Of a DNA stretch of 64,000 nucleotides, positions 12,390 through 25,320 are shown piece after piece; the stretch's first letter is position 1, and every line of letters starts with the position of its first letter. Below the pieces are notes generated by a model that ran no database searches, had not been told where the DNA came from, and worked only from the letters and a program-made list of their open reading frames with translations. This DNA is from Malacoraja senta (Eukaryota). The stretch is taken from positions 8,620,001 to 8,684,000 of the forward strand of contig CM075988.1 of NCBI GenBank assembly GCA_038087875.1. The letters run 5' to 3'. A program made the position numbers and the translations under genes.

Positions 12390-14125
12390 AAAGAGACAAA
12401 GTGCTGGAGAAACCAATTTCCTCCAGGGATGAATAAAGTTTTATCGTATCATATCGAATCGTATCGTATGGTAACTCAATGGGTCAGGCAGCATCTCTGG
12501 AGAACATGGGTGTGCAATGTTTCGGGTCAGGACCCTTCTTCGGGCTGATTATGGTCAGGGGGAGGCGGAAGGTTTGCGGAAGCTGGAAGAGAGACAGGGA
12601 CAAGATAACGTCGGTCAAGTGATAGGTGGATACAGGTGAGAGACCGATGGTTGAAGATAGGCCAGAGATGAAAAGACAAAAAGTGTGAGATAAAGAGAAA
12701 AGGATAGAATGGTTGTGGAAAGGGGAGAAATGGGTGCGCATGCAGGTGGGGGATAGGGAAGAGGGGGAGAAAGGGGGAGGAAGGAGGATTTGTTTGTATG
12801 TTAGTTACCTAAAATTGGAGAAATCAATGTTCATACCGTTAGGATGTAGAATTCCCATGCGGAATAGGAGGTGATGTTCCACAGTTGCCATGCATCCTCA
12901 GTCTGACAATAGGGGAGAGCCAGGACAGAAAGGTCAGTATTGGTATGGGAAGGTAAGTTCCCATTGACCGACTGACCAAATGGTGCCGGCACAACAACCT
13001 GGCTCTCAACATCAGTAAGAACAAGGAACTGATTGTGGACTTTGGCAGGGGAAGGATGAGGACCCACAATCCTGTTCATATCAATGTCACGATGGTGGAG
13101 AGGATCAATAACATCAAATTCCAAGGCGTGCATATTTCCAAAGATCTCTCCTGGACCCAGCACACCGATGCAATTATAAAGAAGGCACATCAGCGACTCT
13201 ACTTCCTGAGAAGATTACGGAGATTCGGCATGTCGAAGAGGATTCTCCTAAACTTCTACAGATGCACGGTAGAGAGCATTCTGACTAGTTGCATCATGGC
13301 CTGGTTCGGCAACTTGAACGTCCAGGAGCGAAAAAGATTACAAAAAGTTGTGACCACTGCCCAGTCCATCAACGGCTTTGACCTCCCCACCGTCGAAGGG
13401 ATCTATCATAGTCGCTGCCTCAAAGAGGCAGCCAAAATCATCAAAGACCCACACCATCCTGGCCACACACTCATTTCACCACTGCCATCAGGAAGAAGGT
13501 ACAGGAGCCTGAAGACTATAACGTCCAGGTTCAGGAACAGCCTCTTCCGCACAGCCATCAGGCTACTAAACACAACAACAAATAAGCTCTGAGCTCTGAA
13601 CTGCAAAGACAATATTATTATTGCACTACATTTGTTATTTATTGAACTTTTTCTTCATTTTTCTCTTTGCCCGTTATGTACTATGTTTACATATTCACAT
13701 ATTCCGTTGTGCTGCAGCAAGTAAGAATTTCATTGTCCCATCCGGGACATATGACAATAAAACACTCTTGACTCTTGACTCTTGAAATGGTTAGCAACCA
13801 GGAGATTAAGGAGGCCTTGGTGGACTAAGCGCAAGTGTTTGGCGAAACAGTTCCTAGCCTAGTCTTGGTCCCACCAATGTAAAGGAGGCCACACCATGAA
13901 CACTAAATGCAGTAGATGTGACTAGAGGACGCGCACGTGAACATCTGTTTCACCTGGAAGGCCTGCTGGACTCACTGGATGGATGTGAGGAAGGAGGTAT
14001 AGGGACAGGTGTTACAACTCCTGCGGTTGCAGGGGAAAGTGCCTGGGGATTGGGGTGTTCGGCGGGATGAGTAATTCAACGAGTTGCAGAGGAGCGGAAG
14101 GCGGAAAGGGGTGGGTATGGGGGGA
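12390..14125 (-). mobile_element. Penelope element fragment (pLTR plus GIY-YIG region), interrupted by Rex1
   Basis: The C-terminal part of ORF 12831..13190 (PSHTNTDLSVLAL..CQTE) is the PLE endonuclease tail; it resumes after 13785. Confidence 0.75.
12963..13785 (+). mobile_element. Rex1/Babar LINE, 5'-truncated, young
   Basis: ORF 13035..13592 (KKAHQRLYFLRRLRRF..FYRCTVESILT..LPSGRRYRS), 3' UTR and (CTCTTGA)n tail. Confidence 0.9.
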
Positions 14126-14269
14126 TCAAAATATCCCAATAAGATCCAGTGCTAAGTATTCTGTCGATTTCTTCTGCATTGAGCAAAATATATTTTACGT
14201 TTGACTAAATGCAGAGAGTAGCTGCATCATTTGCCTATCTCACCAGTCACATTGGAATTCACAGGCTCG

Positions 14270-14480
14270 CAAGTTCACAAGTTATAGGAGTAGAATTAGG
14301 CCATTCGGCCCATCGAGTCTACTCCTTCCATTCAATCATGGCTGATCTCTGCCTCCCAATCCCATTTTCCGTCTGGATCCTCTCCAGAGCCAGCACTTCC
14401 TTCCTCAGATATGGAGCTCAGAAATTTGCTCACAGTACTCCAAATGTGGCTTGACCAGCGCCAATATAGAGCCTCAGCAT
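14270..14480 (-). mobile_element. CR1 3' fragment with internal deletion
   Basis: ggccattcggcccatcgagtct..catggctgatct; tactccaaatgtggc. Confidence 0.65.
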
Positions 14481-14549
14481 ATCATAGTGATATCATTTTA
14501 TAAAGAGATCTACACAATCTTTAAGTAAAACACAACATGTTTTACATCA

Positions 14550-15290
14550 ATAGAACTCAGGAACAGGCCCTTCAGGCCACCATGTCCATGCCGAACATGA
14601 TGCCAAGTTAAGCTAATCTGCTCTGCCTGCTTGTGATCCATATTGCTTCATTCCCTGCATATATCAGTACCTATTCAAAAGCCTTTTAAATGCCCCTATC
14701 ATTGCTGCTTCCATCACCACCCCTGGCAGCATGTTCCGGGCATCCACCACTCTCTGTGTAAAAAAACCCATCACCGGCTTATCTCTTTTAAAGTTTGCCC
14801 CTCTCACCTCAGAGCTACACCTTCTAGTCTTTGACTTATTGACCCTGGAAAAAAGATTCTGACTGTCTACCCTATCTATGCCTCTCATAAATGTATATAT
14901 TTATTTTGGGGTCTCTACTCAACTTCCAACATTCCGGGGAAAGCAATCCAAGTTTGTCCAACCTCTCCTTCTAGCTAACACCCTCAAATCCAGGCAGGAA
15001 TCTAATAAACTTATTCTGCACCCTTTCCAAAGCCTCCACATACTTCCTGTAATAGGGTAACCCAAATTGCTCAATATACTCCAAACACGGCCCAACCAAG
15101 GTCCTACAAAGTTGCTAGATTACCTCAAGACTCATATACTCAATGCCCCAAGACTTTCATACTTTTTTGCTTCTTTACCACTCTATCTACTTGAGTTGCC
15201 ATTTTCAGGGAGCTATGGACTTGGACCTCTAGATCCCTGTGTAAATCAATGTTGTTAAGGTTCTTGTCATTAACTGTACAGTTTCCCCTC
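14550..15290 (-). mobile_element. CR1 LINE 3' part
   Basis: ORF 14664..14888 MRGIDRVDSQNLF..FFTQRVV..FKRLL. Confidence 0.85.
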
Positions 15291-15429
15291 TTCATGGAAA
15301 TCTATTGAAAAAGACACTCAGCTTTGAAATACTATATCATTGGTCTTTTATCTAATTCATTGAAATATACTATTAAATGGGAAGTACATATAACATCCAC
15401 CAAAGTCCACTAACACCTTGTATCTACAG

Positions 15430-15635
15430 TACAACAACACCCTCTGACAATATGGGTTCATGGTAAGACGCTAGAAAATGTGGAGCCTCCTCTCATGGAC
15501 ATCGGTCATGAAATTAGCCTTCAATGCACCACAATGGCCTTCGACTATCTGACGGAAAAAGATTTTGATGATCAAGAACTCAAACCCAATGCAAAGCTCA
15601 TTGTCTGCCGGGCAACAGTAATCCCGACGGAGTCA
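15430..15635 (+). mobile_element. Degenerate RTE RT fragment
   Basis: LENVE..LQC..AF..FDDQELKPNAKLIVCRATVIP matches the RTE region after the RT domain. Confidence 0.55.
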
Positions 15636-15915
15636 ATGGTTCGCTTCAGCAGCACTTCAATCCACTAATGTATAGATTCACTGGCAAATATGCCTTGTTA
15701 TATCAGGTGATCCAATGCAAATACATATCTCTCACACTAACATTGTGTTTCAATGGACATTCCTTATCCCATCCTATAATTTTTTCCTGTAGAATAACCA
15801 CAGTTATTTCAATCGCTTTACCTTTAGGATTAGTCAACTCAGATTCTGGTGATTTTTTTCCATATTGATTGCAGTAGTAGTTGCTTCTTTGGATTTATTA
15901 AGATTTATATATTTA

Positions 15916-16316
15916 CTAGACAAAGTGCAGACCCGTTGGGTCTGGACCCCGAACGTGCTCAGACCCCGGGGCAAAAATCGATAGCGAAAGGAAAAAAATG
16001 ACATCGTTTTTGGAGCAGAGCCGGTCGGCAGCAGCCGTTATGGTGGCTAGCCAGCAGGAGGAGACAAAATGAGTGAGTGGGGGGGGGGGGGGGGGGAGAA
16101 GGATTTTATTAAAAATGTCTACATAAACAAGACGAAATTTAATCAGGAGTGGATACTTGGAATGAAAAGTGAAATTTCTACCGAAATGGAAAACATCTCG
16201 GCGTTTCTGCGTGTGATGTTGGCGTAGCAACGAACCAAAGGAAGGCTGGCATCCACAAGACAGGCGGAAACACACACAGAAACACACACACACACAGAGT
16301 TTTAAATATAGATAGA
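15916..16316 (-). mobile_element. Non-autonomous Helitron
   Basis: Minus strand: 5' TC start (A|TCTATCTATATTTAAAACTC) then a (TG)n tract. 3' hairpin cagacccaacgggtctg (15928-15944) then CTAG|T. No TSD. Confidence 0.8.
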
Positions 16317-16679
16317 TTCTTGTGGGTGCAATCCTGTTCAACCGCTGAAGACTCCTACAGGAGGCATTCTCTTAGCTCCTCCTTCAAGTACGCATAAATA
16401 AATGTGATTGGAATTCAAATGGTGGTCCAGGGATTTAAAAAAAAGAGGTTGTTTCTCAGATGTGGAGAGAATCTGATCAGACTGTTTTCATGGACCAGAA
16501 TTCACAAACTTACAGGTAGCCTGACTTGAGCACATTAAATCAGACCAGGGCTCAATGCTTGTACTTTACAAGAAAGAATATCATAGAATTATACTTCTGC
16601 GCAAAATAATTCTACCACAAGGATTGCAGTATATTTAATTTATGTTCAGTTCTACTTAGTTATTCCAGTTGAGTTGCAG

Positions 16680-16930
16680 GACTGGCATCTACCTGACAAT
16701 ATGAAGGATTTCCAAGTATTTCTTCTTCACAAAAATCGGACTAATTACTGCCTAAACTGTCTACTCTCATCTTCAGCAAAGTGATGGAAAGTGTCATCAA
16801 CAATGTTAATGAGTGGCACTTACTCAGTACACCTGCTTACTCATGTCAAGTTTCATCAGAACTATTTGACTCCAGTTCTAATCATGCACATGGTCCAAAC
16901 ATGGACCAAAGAGATGAATTCCGGAGGTTT
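16680..16930 (+). mobile_element. Degenerate CR1-clade RT fragment
   Basis: Reads across frameshifts as GIY.T..K...HK..NY..LL...SKVMESVIN. Confidence 0.55.
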
Positions 16931-17194
16931 CATTTGCGGGTGAGTAGCTGAGAGAAGGAGCACATGTCAGATATATAGACCAGCCTTTTGTTGTCCTTAA
17001 GTGACTACTCCTTATGGTGTGTAAACGGAAGAGAGGCAGTAGACGTGCGGCCTACTGGGAGTGTCAGTGTTGCGGTGTAGCACTGTGCTTGAGGATAAAT
17101 GCAGAGGCATTTGCTTGAGAGGCTCTGGCGAGAAGGCTGAGTGGAGGGGAACAGCAAGATAAGGTAAGATCTTTTTTTTGTAACTTTTCTTTAG

Positions 17195-17822
17195 CAGCAA
17201 GTGGTGGAGCTGCAGTCTCACATTGCAGTGACCCAGTATTGATTGTGCCCTCTGGTGCTGGCTGTGTGGAGTTTGCACACTCTCCCTCTGCGTGCATTGG
17301 TTTCCTCCGAATGCCCACATTTCCTCCTACGTTATCAAGGATAAGTGTCACCCTGGTCACTCCCTCTCCTCCCCACTCCCATCAGGCAAGAGGTATAAAA
17401 GTGTGAAATTGCACACCTCCAGATTTAGGGACAATTTATTTCCAGCTGTTATCAGGCAATGAACCATCCTACCACAACTAGAGAGCAGTGCTGAACTACT
17501 ATCTACATCATTGGAAACCCTCGGACTATCTTTGATCGGATTTTCCTGGCTTTATCTTGCACTAAACGTTATTCATGATATTCCCTTGATCATGTATCTG
17601 TACACTGTGGATGGTTGGCATGCAACAAAAACTTTTCACTGTACCTCCGTACAAGTGACAATAAACTAAACTCAAACCTATTTGGCCTCTGTAAATCGTC
17701 CCTAGTGTGCTCTGCGTGAATACGAAAGTGGGATGACATAGAACTGAACTAATGTGAGCATCGATGGTTGGCATGGACTCGGTGGGCAGATGGATTTCAT
17801 GCTGCATCTTTCAATCAATCAA
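17195..17822 (+). mobile_element. HE1-like SINE interrupted by a Rex1-like 3' end (17335-17675)
   Basis: SINE head 17195-17330 and SINE tail 17680-17822 flank the Rex1-type segment. Confidence 0.65.
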
Positions 17823-17834
17823 AACATTAGTCTG

Positions 17835-18595
17835 AGTGCAGTAGGGGTAGCAGCTAGGGCACTGGTATGCTTCTTCTGCAGGATATAGGGTCGGGGAGAT
17901 TTCCAGTATCCTTGCAGACTACACCTGTGGGAAGCTCGTCCAGGTGCATCCCGTGGCTAAAGGGCCTGTCCCACTAGGCAATTTTTTTTAGGTGACTGTC
18001 ATAGTCGTAGCAGGTCGCAGAAAAAACGCCGACTGGACTAATGGGCCTGTCCCACTTAGGTGATTTTTTAGGCGACTGCTGGCGACTATGACAATGGAAG
18101 TCACCGAAGTCAGCACCAGTGACAACCTACGTCACCTGGAGACAACCTACGTCATCCTGGGAACAACCTACGACAGCACCTATGTCAGGAGAAGACAAGT
18201 TATGACAAGCCCACGGTCACCGACTGTCACCGAAAGGTGTTGAACATTTCAAAATCCAGCGGCGACCAGAAAAACGTTACGTCTCTTTGGGCGACTGAGG
18301 AGACCACTCACGACAGTACAGGTGACTCCCCGGCGACCGCCTAGTCTAAAAAATCGCCTATGTGGGACAGGCCCTTAACTGTGCAAGGGAACAGGTGGTG
18401 CAGCTGCAGCTGGAAAACCTTAGGAACATCTGGGAGAATGAGAGTGTAATAGATGGGAGTTACAGTGAGGTGGTCACACCTAAGGTGTATGCAGAAAGTA
18501 GATGAGTGGCCACCAGAAAAGGAAATAGAGTGAGAGCGCAGGAAACCCTAATGGCCATTCTCCTCTTTTGGAATACTGTTGGCTGGAGCCATATT
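17835..18595 (+). mobile_element. CR1 ORF1 5' relic, split by a MITE
   Basis: DYTCGK ... ENESVIDGSYSEVVTPKV motifs of elasmobranch CR1 ORF1. Confidence 0.6.
17961..18375 (+). mobile_element. PIF/Harbinger-type composite MITE with duplicated left TIR
   Basis: TAA|AGGGCCTGTCCCAC...GTGGGACAGGCCCT|TAA, a perfect TAA TSD. A second internal TIR starts at 18042. Confidence 0.85.
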
Positions 18596-18682
18596 CCCAT
18601 CATAAGGTATAATTGATGAAGCTGCCATATAATTGTTGACGGCTACTGTACAAACCTGACATGCCAATGATTACCGAAGAGA

Positions 18683-18958
18683 TATAGCGTGTAAACAGGC
18701 CTTTCAGCCCACACAGTCCATGCCGACAAAAGATCACCCGTACACTGGTTCTATCCCACACATTAGAGACAATTTTTACAAAAGCCAATCAATCTACAAA
18801 CATGCATGTCTTTGTAATGTGGGAGGAAACCGGAGAATCCAGGTAAACCAGTCCCAGTGAGAATGTACTAACTCCATACAGACAGCACCCCATATTCAGG
18901 ATCAATCCTAGGTCTCTGGCGCTGTAAGGCAGCAAATCTACCGCTGCGACATTGTGAT
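18683..18958 (-). mobile_element. HE1-like V-SINE
   Basis: Reverse complement of the SINE consensus. Confidence 0.8.
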
Positions 18959-19789
18959 TAAAGTGGAGGATAGAGTGATAATTGAATGCTACGTTGCCCT
19001 GGATGGTATTAAGCTTCATTAACACTATTGTGGTGGCGCTCAGTAGTCACCCAAGGAAATGGACAGCATTTTCCAAGAATCATAATTTATGCCTTGTAGG
19101 TGGTGAAAGATCATGAGAAATTGAGAGTTTGGACAATCAGCAGAGTTTATTTTGGCTATCACCTAATCTTGGAGCACAATATTAATCTGGTTCATTTCAT
19201 TTGTGTTGATTGAGACACAAGCAACTGTAGATGCTGAAGTCTGGAGCAGCAAAGAAGGGTCCTGGCCCAAACCTTGGACTGTCCATTTCACTCCACAAAT
19301 GCTGCCTGGCCCATTGAGTTCCTCCAGCACCTCAATTTTTGCTCCATTTGTTGATACAGTGCAGATTATCCACTTGGGAGCATATCTTGTCCTTTCCATC
19401 CAATGTAAACAAAGAATTCGGACTTTCAGTAACCATTGGCACAGCTTTGCACAGTTAGCATTCTCTGGCATTAATTTCTGGATCCTACCCTGTGAAAAAT
19501 GCACATCCATATATTTTGGCAAATGGGTCAGACATGAGTAGTTCTTCACCCAGATAACAAAGGACTACTTTCCGTGATAAATGGTGAATGTCACAGCTCC
19601 TTGTGAAAGTTCTGTCAAGAATTCCTCTTACTGAGGTAACCTCAGTCTGAACCAGAGTTTCTGAACTAATGACCAGTTGCCAACTGGAGTCAGAAAGAAA
19701 CTTTCCAAATTTTATAACTGTTTTCTCCCCTCTTCCTGGAGATGTAATTGCTATTGTAAACGTACGCACAAAACATCAGATGCATATTA

Positions 19790-20000
19790 TAGACACAGAA
19801 TATTGTAGTAACTCAGTGGGTCAGGCAGCATCTCTTGTGAAAAGCAATAGGTGAAGTTTCGAGTTGAGGCCCTTCTACAGACCCGGCCCAAAACTTCACC
19901 TATTCTTTTTCTCCAGAGATGCTGCCTGAGCCTTTGAGTTACTCCAGCATTTTGTGTCTATCTTCTGTATAAACCAGCATCTGCAGTTCTTTCCAACACA
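19790..20000. mobile_element. Penelope pLTR inverted dimer
   Basis: aactcagtgggtcaggcagcatctc / gagatgctgcctgag..gagttactccagc. Confidence 0.75.
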
Positions 20001-21404
20001 CCTAGTCTTCTACACATATTTAGTTCCTTTGAATTCAATTGAGCCAAATGTGTGGAGTTAACCCATCAGGAATATCTCCTCGAACACTGCTTTCAACTAT
20101 GGAGACAAGAGACTGTAGATGCTAGAATCTGAAGCAACACACCATGATACTGGAGGAACTGCTAGATGAAAGATCAATTGCTTCTACAGTTCCTTTTACA
20201 AATGCTGCCTTACCTGCCGAGTTCCTCCAGCAGCTCATTTTTTTGCTGATTTGGCACTTATTGTTGTTTGAATTGTTAGTTTCCTTCGGAAATTTCTGCA
20301 TATTTTGTACTTTTTTTTTGGAGCTGGCACATGTGTAAAGAAGATGTTATTCTGAGCCTAGAGTACCTTTTGTTTCAATACCTGCGCTGCTGTCTAAGTG
20401 CTCGGAAATAGAAGTTACTGGAAGTGTCCGCCACCAAAAGAAACAGGTTTATTTAAGCAGAGATAAAAAGGACTACCGCAGAATTTAAATTCAATTTCTC
20501 CATTCACCAAACTCTGAGACTGAGTTGAATTACATTTTTTGTTTGAAAAAGTAGATGCACATTCAGCTAAAAAATGAGAAGACTGAAAGTGGTTTTACTC
20601 TACATACCAGACAGAATCAGGACAGATCATGAGACAACACAGTGCTCACTATTGGTACAATGAAAGTTTAATTACGTCTTGCCTGAAGGGTAACGATACA
20701 AAATGAAATGCAGCTTTAGAGTGCAGAAGGCCAGATGTCATTAACAATTCTTCATATCACACGAATGAAAAAGGGAGCAATCAGATATCTAATTGTACAA
20801 TTCTAATTACAAGGATTACCATGATTATGGCATTACAAATTGAGAGTGCTGCAGGCAACGGAATAGATTAGCTGCAGTGCAGAGTTTGACAGGGTTGCTA
20901 GAACAGTCGGTTACATCTATGTCACTTCTGTGAGACAGTAACGGAGGAGGTAAGAGTCCAAGGATTTTTTTTTGTATGTAAATGAATTCTGATTGGAAAG
21001 AGGATGTGAGAATTAGTCACGGTGCAGTTTCAGCATCTCTGATTTATTGGATATCGCCAGCAGTTTCACTATCAACTTTGTGCATCAGTCTTCGCAATAG
21101 GGAGTATCTTCCTTAAACATTATGATAATTTTAAATGTATCATAATCTTATAGATCAGTGAGGGACGTTACTCTCATCATAATTTCACCTGCTTTTTGTC
21201 AAAATGCAAGCTTCTACAACACTTTTTTTTTCCAAATCAGTTGTGTGCTTTTCAGGGCAATAGTGTAATGTCGGAAAACACTATTCTTTCCTCACCTATT
21301 GAGTGGATTATGTTCCCCTTGGCTGGGTATTTCACTGGGGAATGTTCCTCTCAACTGCCACAATTACCAAGATCAGGATTCAACCTCCAAAGTACTGTAA
21401 TTTG

Positions 21405-21530
21405 ACTTTGGTAAAAATTGTAAATTGTCCCGAACGTGTAGGATAGTGCTGGTGTACAGGGATCGCCGGCCGGGCGGACTTGATGGGATGGAGGGCCTGT
21501 TTCCGCGCTGTAGTTCTAAATTAACTAAAC
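21405..21530 (+). mobile_element. HE1-like SINE 3' half
   Basis: ttggtaaaaattgtaaattgtcc..agggcctgtttccgcgctgta. Confidence 0.7.
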
Positions 21531-21589
21531 CCCTGAATATCTCTCTCCTGATCTTCTTCCAAGCTGGACCATGGAACCACACATGGGTT

Positions 21590-22100
21590 ACAATACAACA
21601 AGGGGATATTCAGCCCTTTGTGTCCGTGCCAGCACTCCACCAGAGTAGCTCTCCAGTTCCACCTCAAAATCCTTCCTCTGTAGCCCTGTAAGATTTTTGC
21701 CAGCACATATTTATACAATTCCCTCTTCAAGAACAACATGGAGCCTGCCTCCATCAGCTCCATGACAATACATTCCAGATTCTAAACAAATGCTGCGTTC
21801 ATTAATTTCCCTTCCCTTTTACTGCATACCTGTGAACTCCAGTTCTCAAGTACTACATCAAAAGCAACTGTCTTCCATTATCCATTCTGTCTAGCCCCCT
21901 ATCATATTATATCTTTCTATCAAAACTCCCCTTATCCTTCACTTCTCCAAAGAAAGCAGTTCTAGCCCCTCTAATCTATCCTTCCACCTGTAGACTCTCA
22001 TCCCAGATACCATGCACATAAATCTTTCCTGAACCCCATCTAATGCCTTCACATCCAGCCTTTAATATAGCGACCAGAATTGAAGATGATGCTCCAAAGG
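21590..22100 (-). mobile_element. Old CR1 3' relic
   Basis: ORF 21521..21763 (MEAGS..FLKRELYKY..LQGYRG); gcgaccagaattg motif. Confidence 0.55.
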
Positions 22101-23144
22101 ATGCTGTCCATGCCAACTATGTTAAAAGATAACAAGCTCAAATATCATCAGAATGCACAAATGCAGACTTTGACTGTGAAAAGTTCTAGCCAGAGATAAC
22201 AAAGTTGGCCCTGGCGTTGCTTTGAATTCAGAGAAGCAGGACCTAAGAATGAAACTGACAGGTGATGGATTACCCGCGCCCTAATGTTGTCGAGCAGTCC
22301 AGTCCTTCAGGCTGCGGTGAAGCTATTGCACTACGAAACTGAAGTACTCAATTTCAGGCTGAAACAGATGACAAAAGATTAACTTGGTAAATCCAGTGAC
22401 ATGATGTGCTTTTCTCGATTGTCTGGAAAATTGGCCTGATAGAGCTTGTCTTCAAACAATCAGAAGCCAATTTTGTGAGTAAGGTTTCTGCCTCTGGAAT
22501 TAACAGGCAATCCACAACGGGACTGGAAAGAGAATCAATTCAATTTCTATCCTCAAAGTGAGGAAAAATGTGAGGAATTCTATTTGAACATCAGATTTGA
22601 TTATGGAGAAATATAATGAAAGAAAGATAATGAGAACCGACGTAGAATATTTATGATATCTTTAACTTACTTTAAATATTTTAAAATATCTATTTCAGGA
22701 ATAAATAATGTGATGTAAAATAGAACTTTAACTGCGTCCTCTGTCACCTAAATATGAATAATTTACACCAGTTCAAGAGAACACATGGAGTTTCTTAAAA
22801 ATATAATGCTTCTCTGCAATGTCCGCTCTGGCACACCTGATTCAATTCCCTCTTTATGGTAGAAATCATCTTTAAAAGTCCTGCTGGATATCAACCAGTT
22901 GTGAGTGCAAGAGAAAGCATAGCAAATGATTGCCATTTGTGCAACAAGACTTAAAGATCATCTAACTATCAGTATTAATGTAATGTTAAAGCTAATTTCA
23001 TTAAACAAGCCAAAAAGTCCAACAAAATGTTCTGTCCGTAAACCTGCAGTTGACCCACAAGCAAATCTGGATTCTTTTTTTGCTTGATACTTTAAAATGA
23101 TTTTAACTCACAGCACTCGGGCATCTTCACATTTTACACCATTT

Positions 23145-23425
23145 TACATGGATAGGACAGGTTTAGAGGGATATGGGCCAAACACAGGCAAGTGGGACTA
23201 GTGTAGATCGGACCTGTTGGTTGGTGTGGGCAAGTTGGGCTGAAGGGCCTGTTTCCTCTTTAATTCCCTCTTTAATTGATTGAAAAATACAATGTGGAAA
23301 CAGGCCCTTTGTCCCACTGACTACACACCGACCATTGTTCACACGATTTTTTTATGTTAATCCATCTTTGCATCCACTCTCTACATGTTAGGAGCAATTT
23401 ATAAAGGCCAACTAACCTACAAACG
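23145..23425. mobile_element. CR1 3' end (+) abutting a SINE tail (-)
   Basis: catggataggacaggtttagagggatatgggcc..gggcctgtttcc, then ggaaacaggccctt. Confidence 0.7.
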
Positions 23426-24204
23426 ACAATTCAAATTGAAAACCAAGTGATTGGAGATGCTGGAATTGTGAAATAAAGCAGAAAATGCTGGTGATACTCT
23501 ACAGGCCAGGCAGCTTCCATGGAGAAAGAAACATAGTTAATGTTTCAAATCTGATCAAATGTTGTATTCTAATCATAAACTATTTCTTTATCCTTAGATG
23601 CTGCTGAGTATCCATACCATTCTGTGGTTTTGTTTCAATGATCCTAGTCACAGGTTTTGAGGTATCAATAGTACAGGTATCAATAGTATGTTTAATTTTA
23701 AAGTTTTAAATCTTTTAAGATTTTATTCATTCCCCAACTTCATTCTACATTCCTTATTCAGTTACAAGCACCTGTTGGCCTGCACTTACAACAACTCAGA
23801 CTTGAAACTTGGATCGGCGACTCTTGTACACTGTCTCTGTGTACTATTTCTATACACTTGTATTGAATCTAAATTGTGCATATGTATAGAAATATTGTAC
23901 TGAACTGTACGCAAAAATGAATTTCGCTGTACCTCGGTACATGTGACTATAAAGTGCCATTGATTTTACCTCATTCACAGATTTCACATATCGCACTCTG
24001 TTCTCATTGATTGCCTCAGCTTTTACAAGCATGCATGTTCCTCTTCATGCCCAACTGATCTTCATGCCATGCGATTTCTAGCTCCAGAGGCAGACCTGTT
24101 TCACATGCTTTTGATTTTTTGGGATAGTCAAAGCATAATGCACACTTTGTCAGCATTCACAGGGGTAATTGGGAGAGAGACAAAGAGTCATAAACAGCCA
24201 CATC

Positions 24205-24512
24205 CTAGAAACAGGCCCTTCAGCCCAACAGGTAGAACTGGCCATCCATATACCCAAACATAATATAAATTCCATTTGTATTCTTCCCATTTTCCCATCA
24301 ATTCGCTGCAGATTACACCACCCACCTACCCATTAAGGACAATTTACAGTATCCTACAAACCTTTATATCTTTGGGATATGCAAGGAAACTGGAGCACTT
24401 GGAGGAAATCCAAATATCACAGGAAGAACATGCAAACTCTGCACAGACAGCACCTCAGGTCAGGATTGAACCTTGGTATATAAGGCAGCGGGTTTATCAG
24501 CCATGCCACCGT
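24205..24512 (-). mobile_element. Degenerate HE1-like SINE
   Basis: aaactctgcacagacagcacc..gtcaggattgaacc. Confidence 0.6.
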
Positions 24513-24689
24513 CTCCCGTTATTTCCTAATTTTCCATCTGGCCAGAACATATCTCTCCTACTTCTTTTCCATACTTAAAGCTGTTCATGCAAGGAATGTT
24601 AGTAGATGACAAATTCATATATTTTTAGAAGGTGTACTGCTTCAGCTTTATTCATCAGTTAAAACACATTGCTCGCTGGCATCCAATGG

Positions 24690-25320
24690 AATGTCATATC
24701 GATGTTTATTGCAATGAATTTGAAATTTAGAAATAGGGAACGTTGTTGCAATCGTTCAGGGTACTAGTGAGCCCATATCTGGAGTACTGAGTGACATTTT
24801 GATCCCAGATCTAATAAAGGACAGTGCAGCTTTGGAGGAGGTCTAAGAAAGATTCACTGGGCTAATTTCTAGGATGGATGGGTTGTTATAGCAAGAGAGG
24901 TTGGACAGGTATTCTCTAGGGTTCAGAAGAATGACGGTGATCCTAGAGAAACATATAAGATTCTGAGGGGACATGACAGAGTATATGTCAAGGTGTTTAT
25001 GAGTGGGAGAGTCTTGAATGAGGAGTCACCGTTTCAAGATGAGGGGCTAGTCATTTAAAACTGACATGCATAGATATTTATCTTCGCAGAAGGTGGTGAA
25101 TCTCTGGAATTGTCTATCCCAGACAGTTATGGAGTTGAGGGCATGAGAAGTACTTAAGGTGGAGGTTAATAATTTTTGAAAGATCTCTCCCAAAAATGTA
25201 TGGCTATGAGGAACTGGTACAGAATAAGATTGATGCCAGCAAAGATCACCCATGATCAGACTGAATGATGGGCTTGGCGAGGGAGGCCTTGTGACCAATT
25301 CCTGCTGATATTTCCTTGTA
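24690..25320 (+). mobile_element. Old CR1 3' part
   Basis: ctggagtactg..gaaacatataagattctgagggg..cagaaggtggtgaatctctggaat. Confidence 0.75.

Noticed and set aside
13035..13592. 185-aa ORF as a host gene (also 26374..26859 and 54001..54279)
   Set aside because: These are C-termini of 5'-truncated LINE ORF2 with retroposon tails.
18110..18128. REST/RE1-like TCAGCACCAGTGACAAC
   Set aside because: The core GGACAG is mismatched and the site is not retained in the second MITE copy.
22275..22340. Possible minus-strand exon (FRSAIASPQPEGLDCSTTLGR)
   Set aside because: Weak polypyrimidine tract and donor; peptide not recognised.
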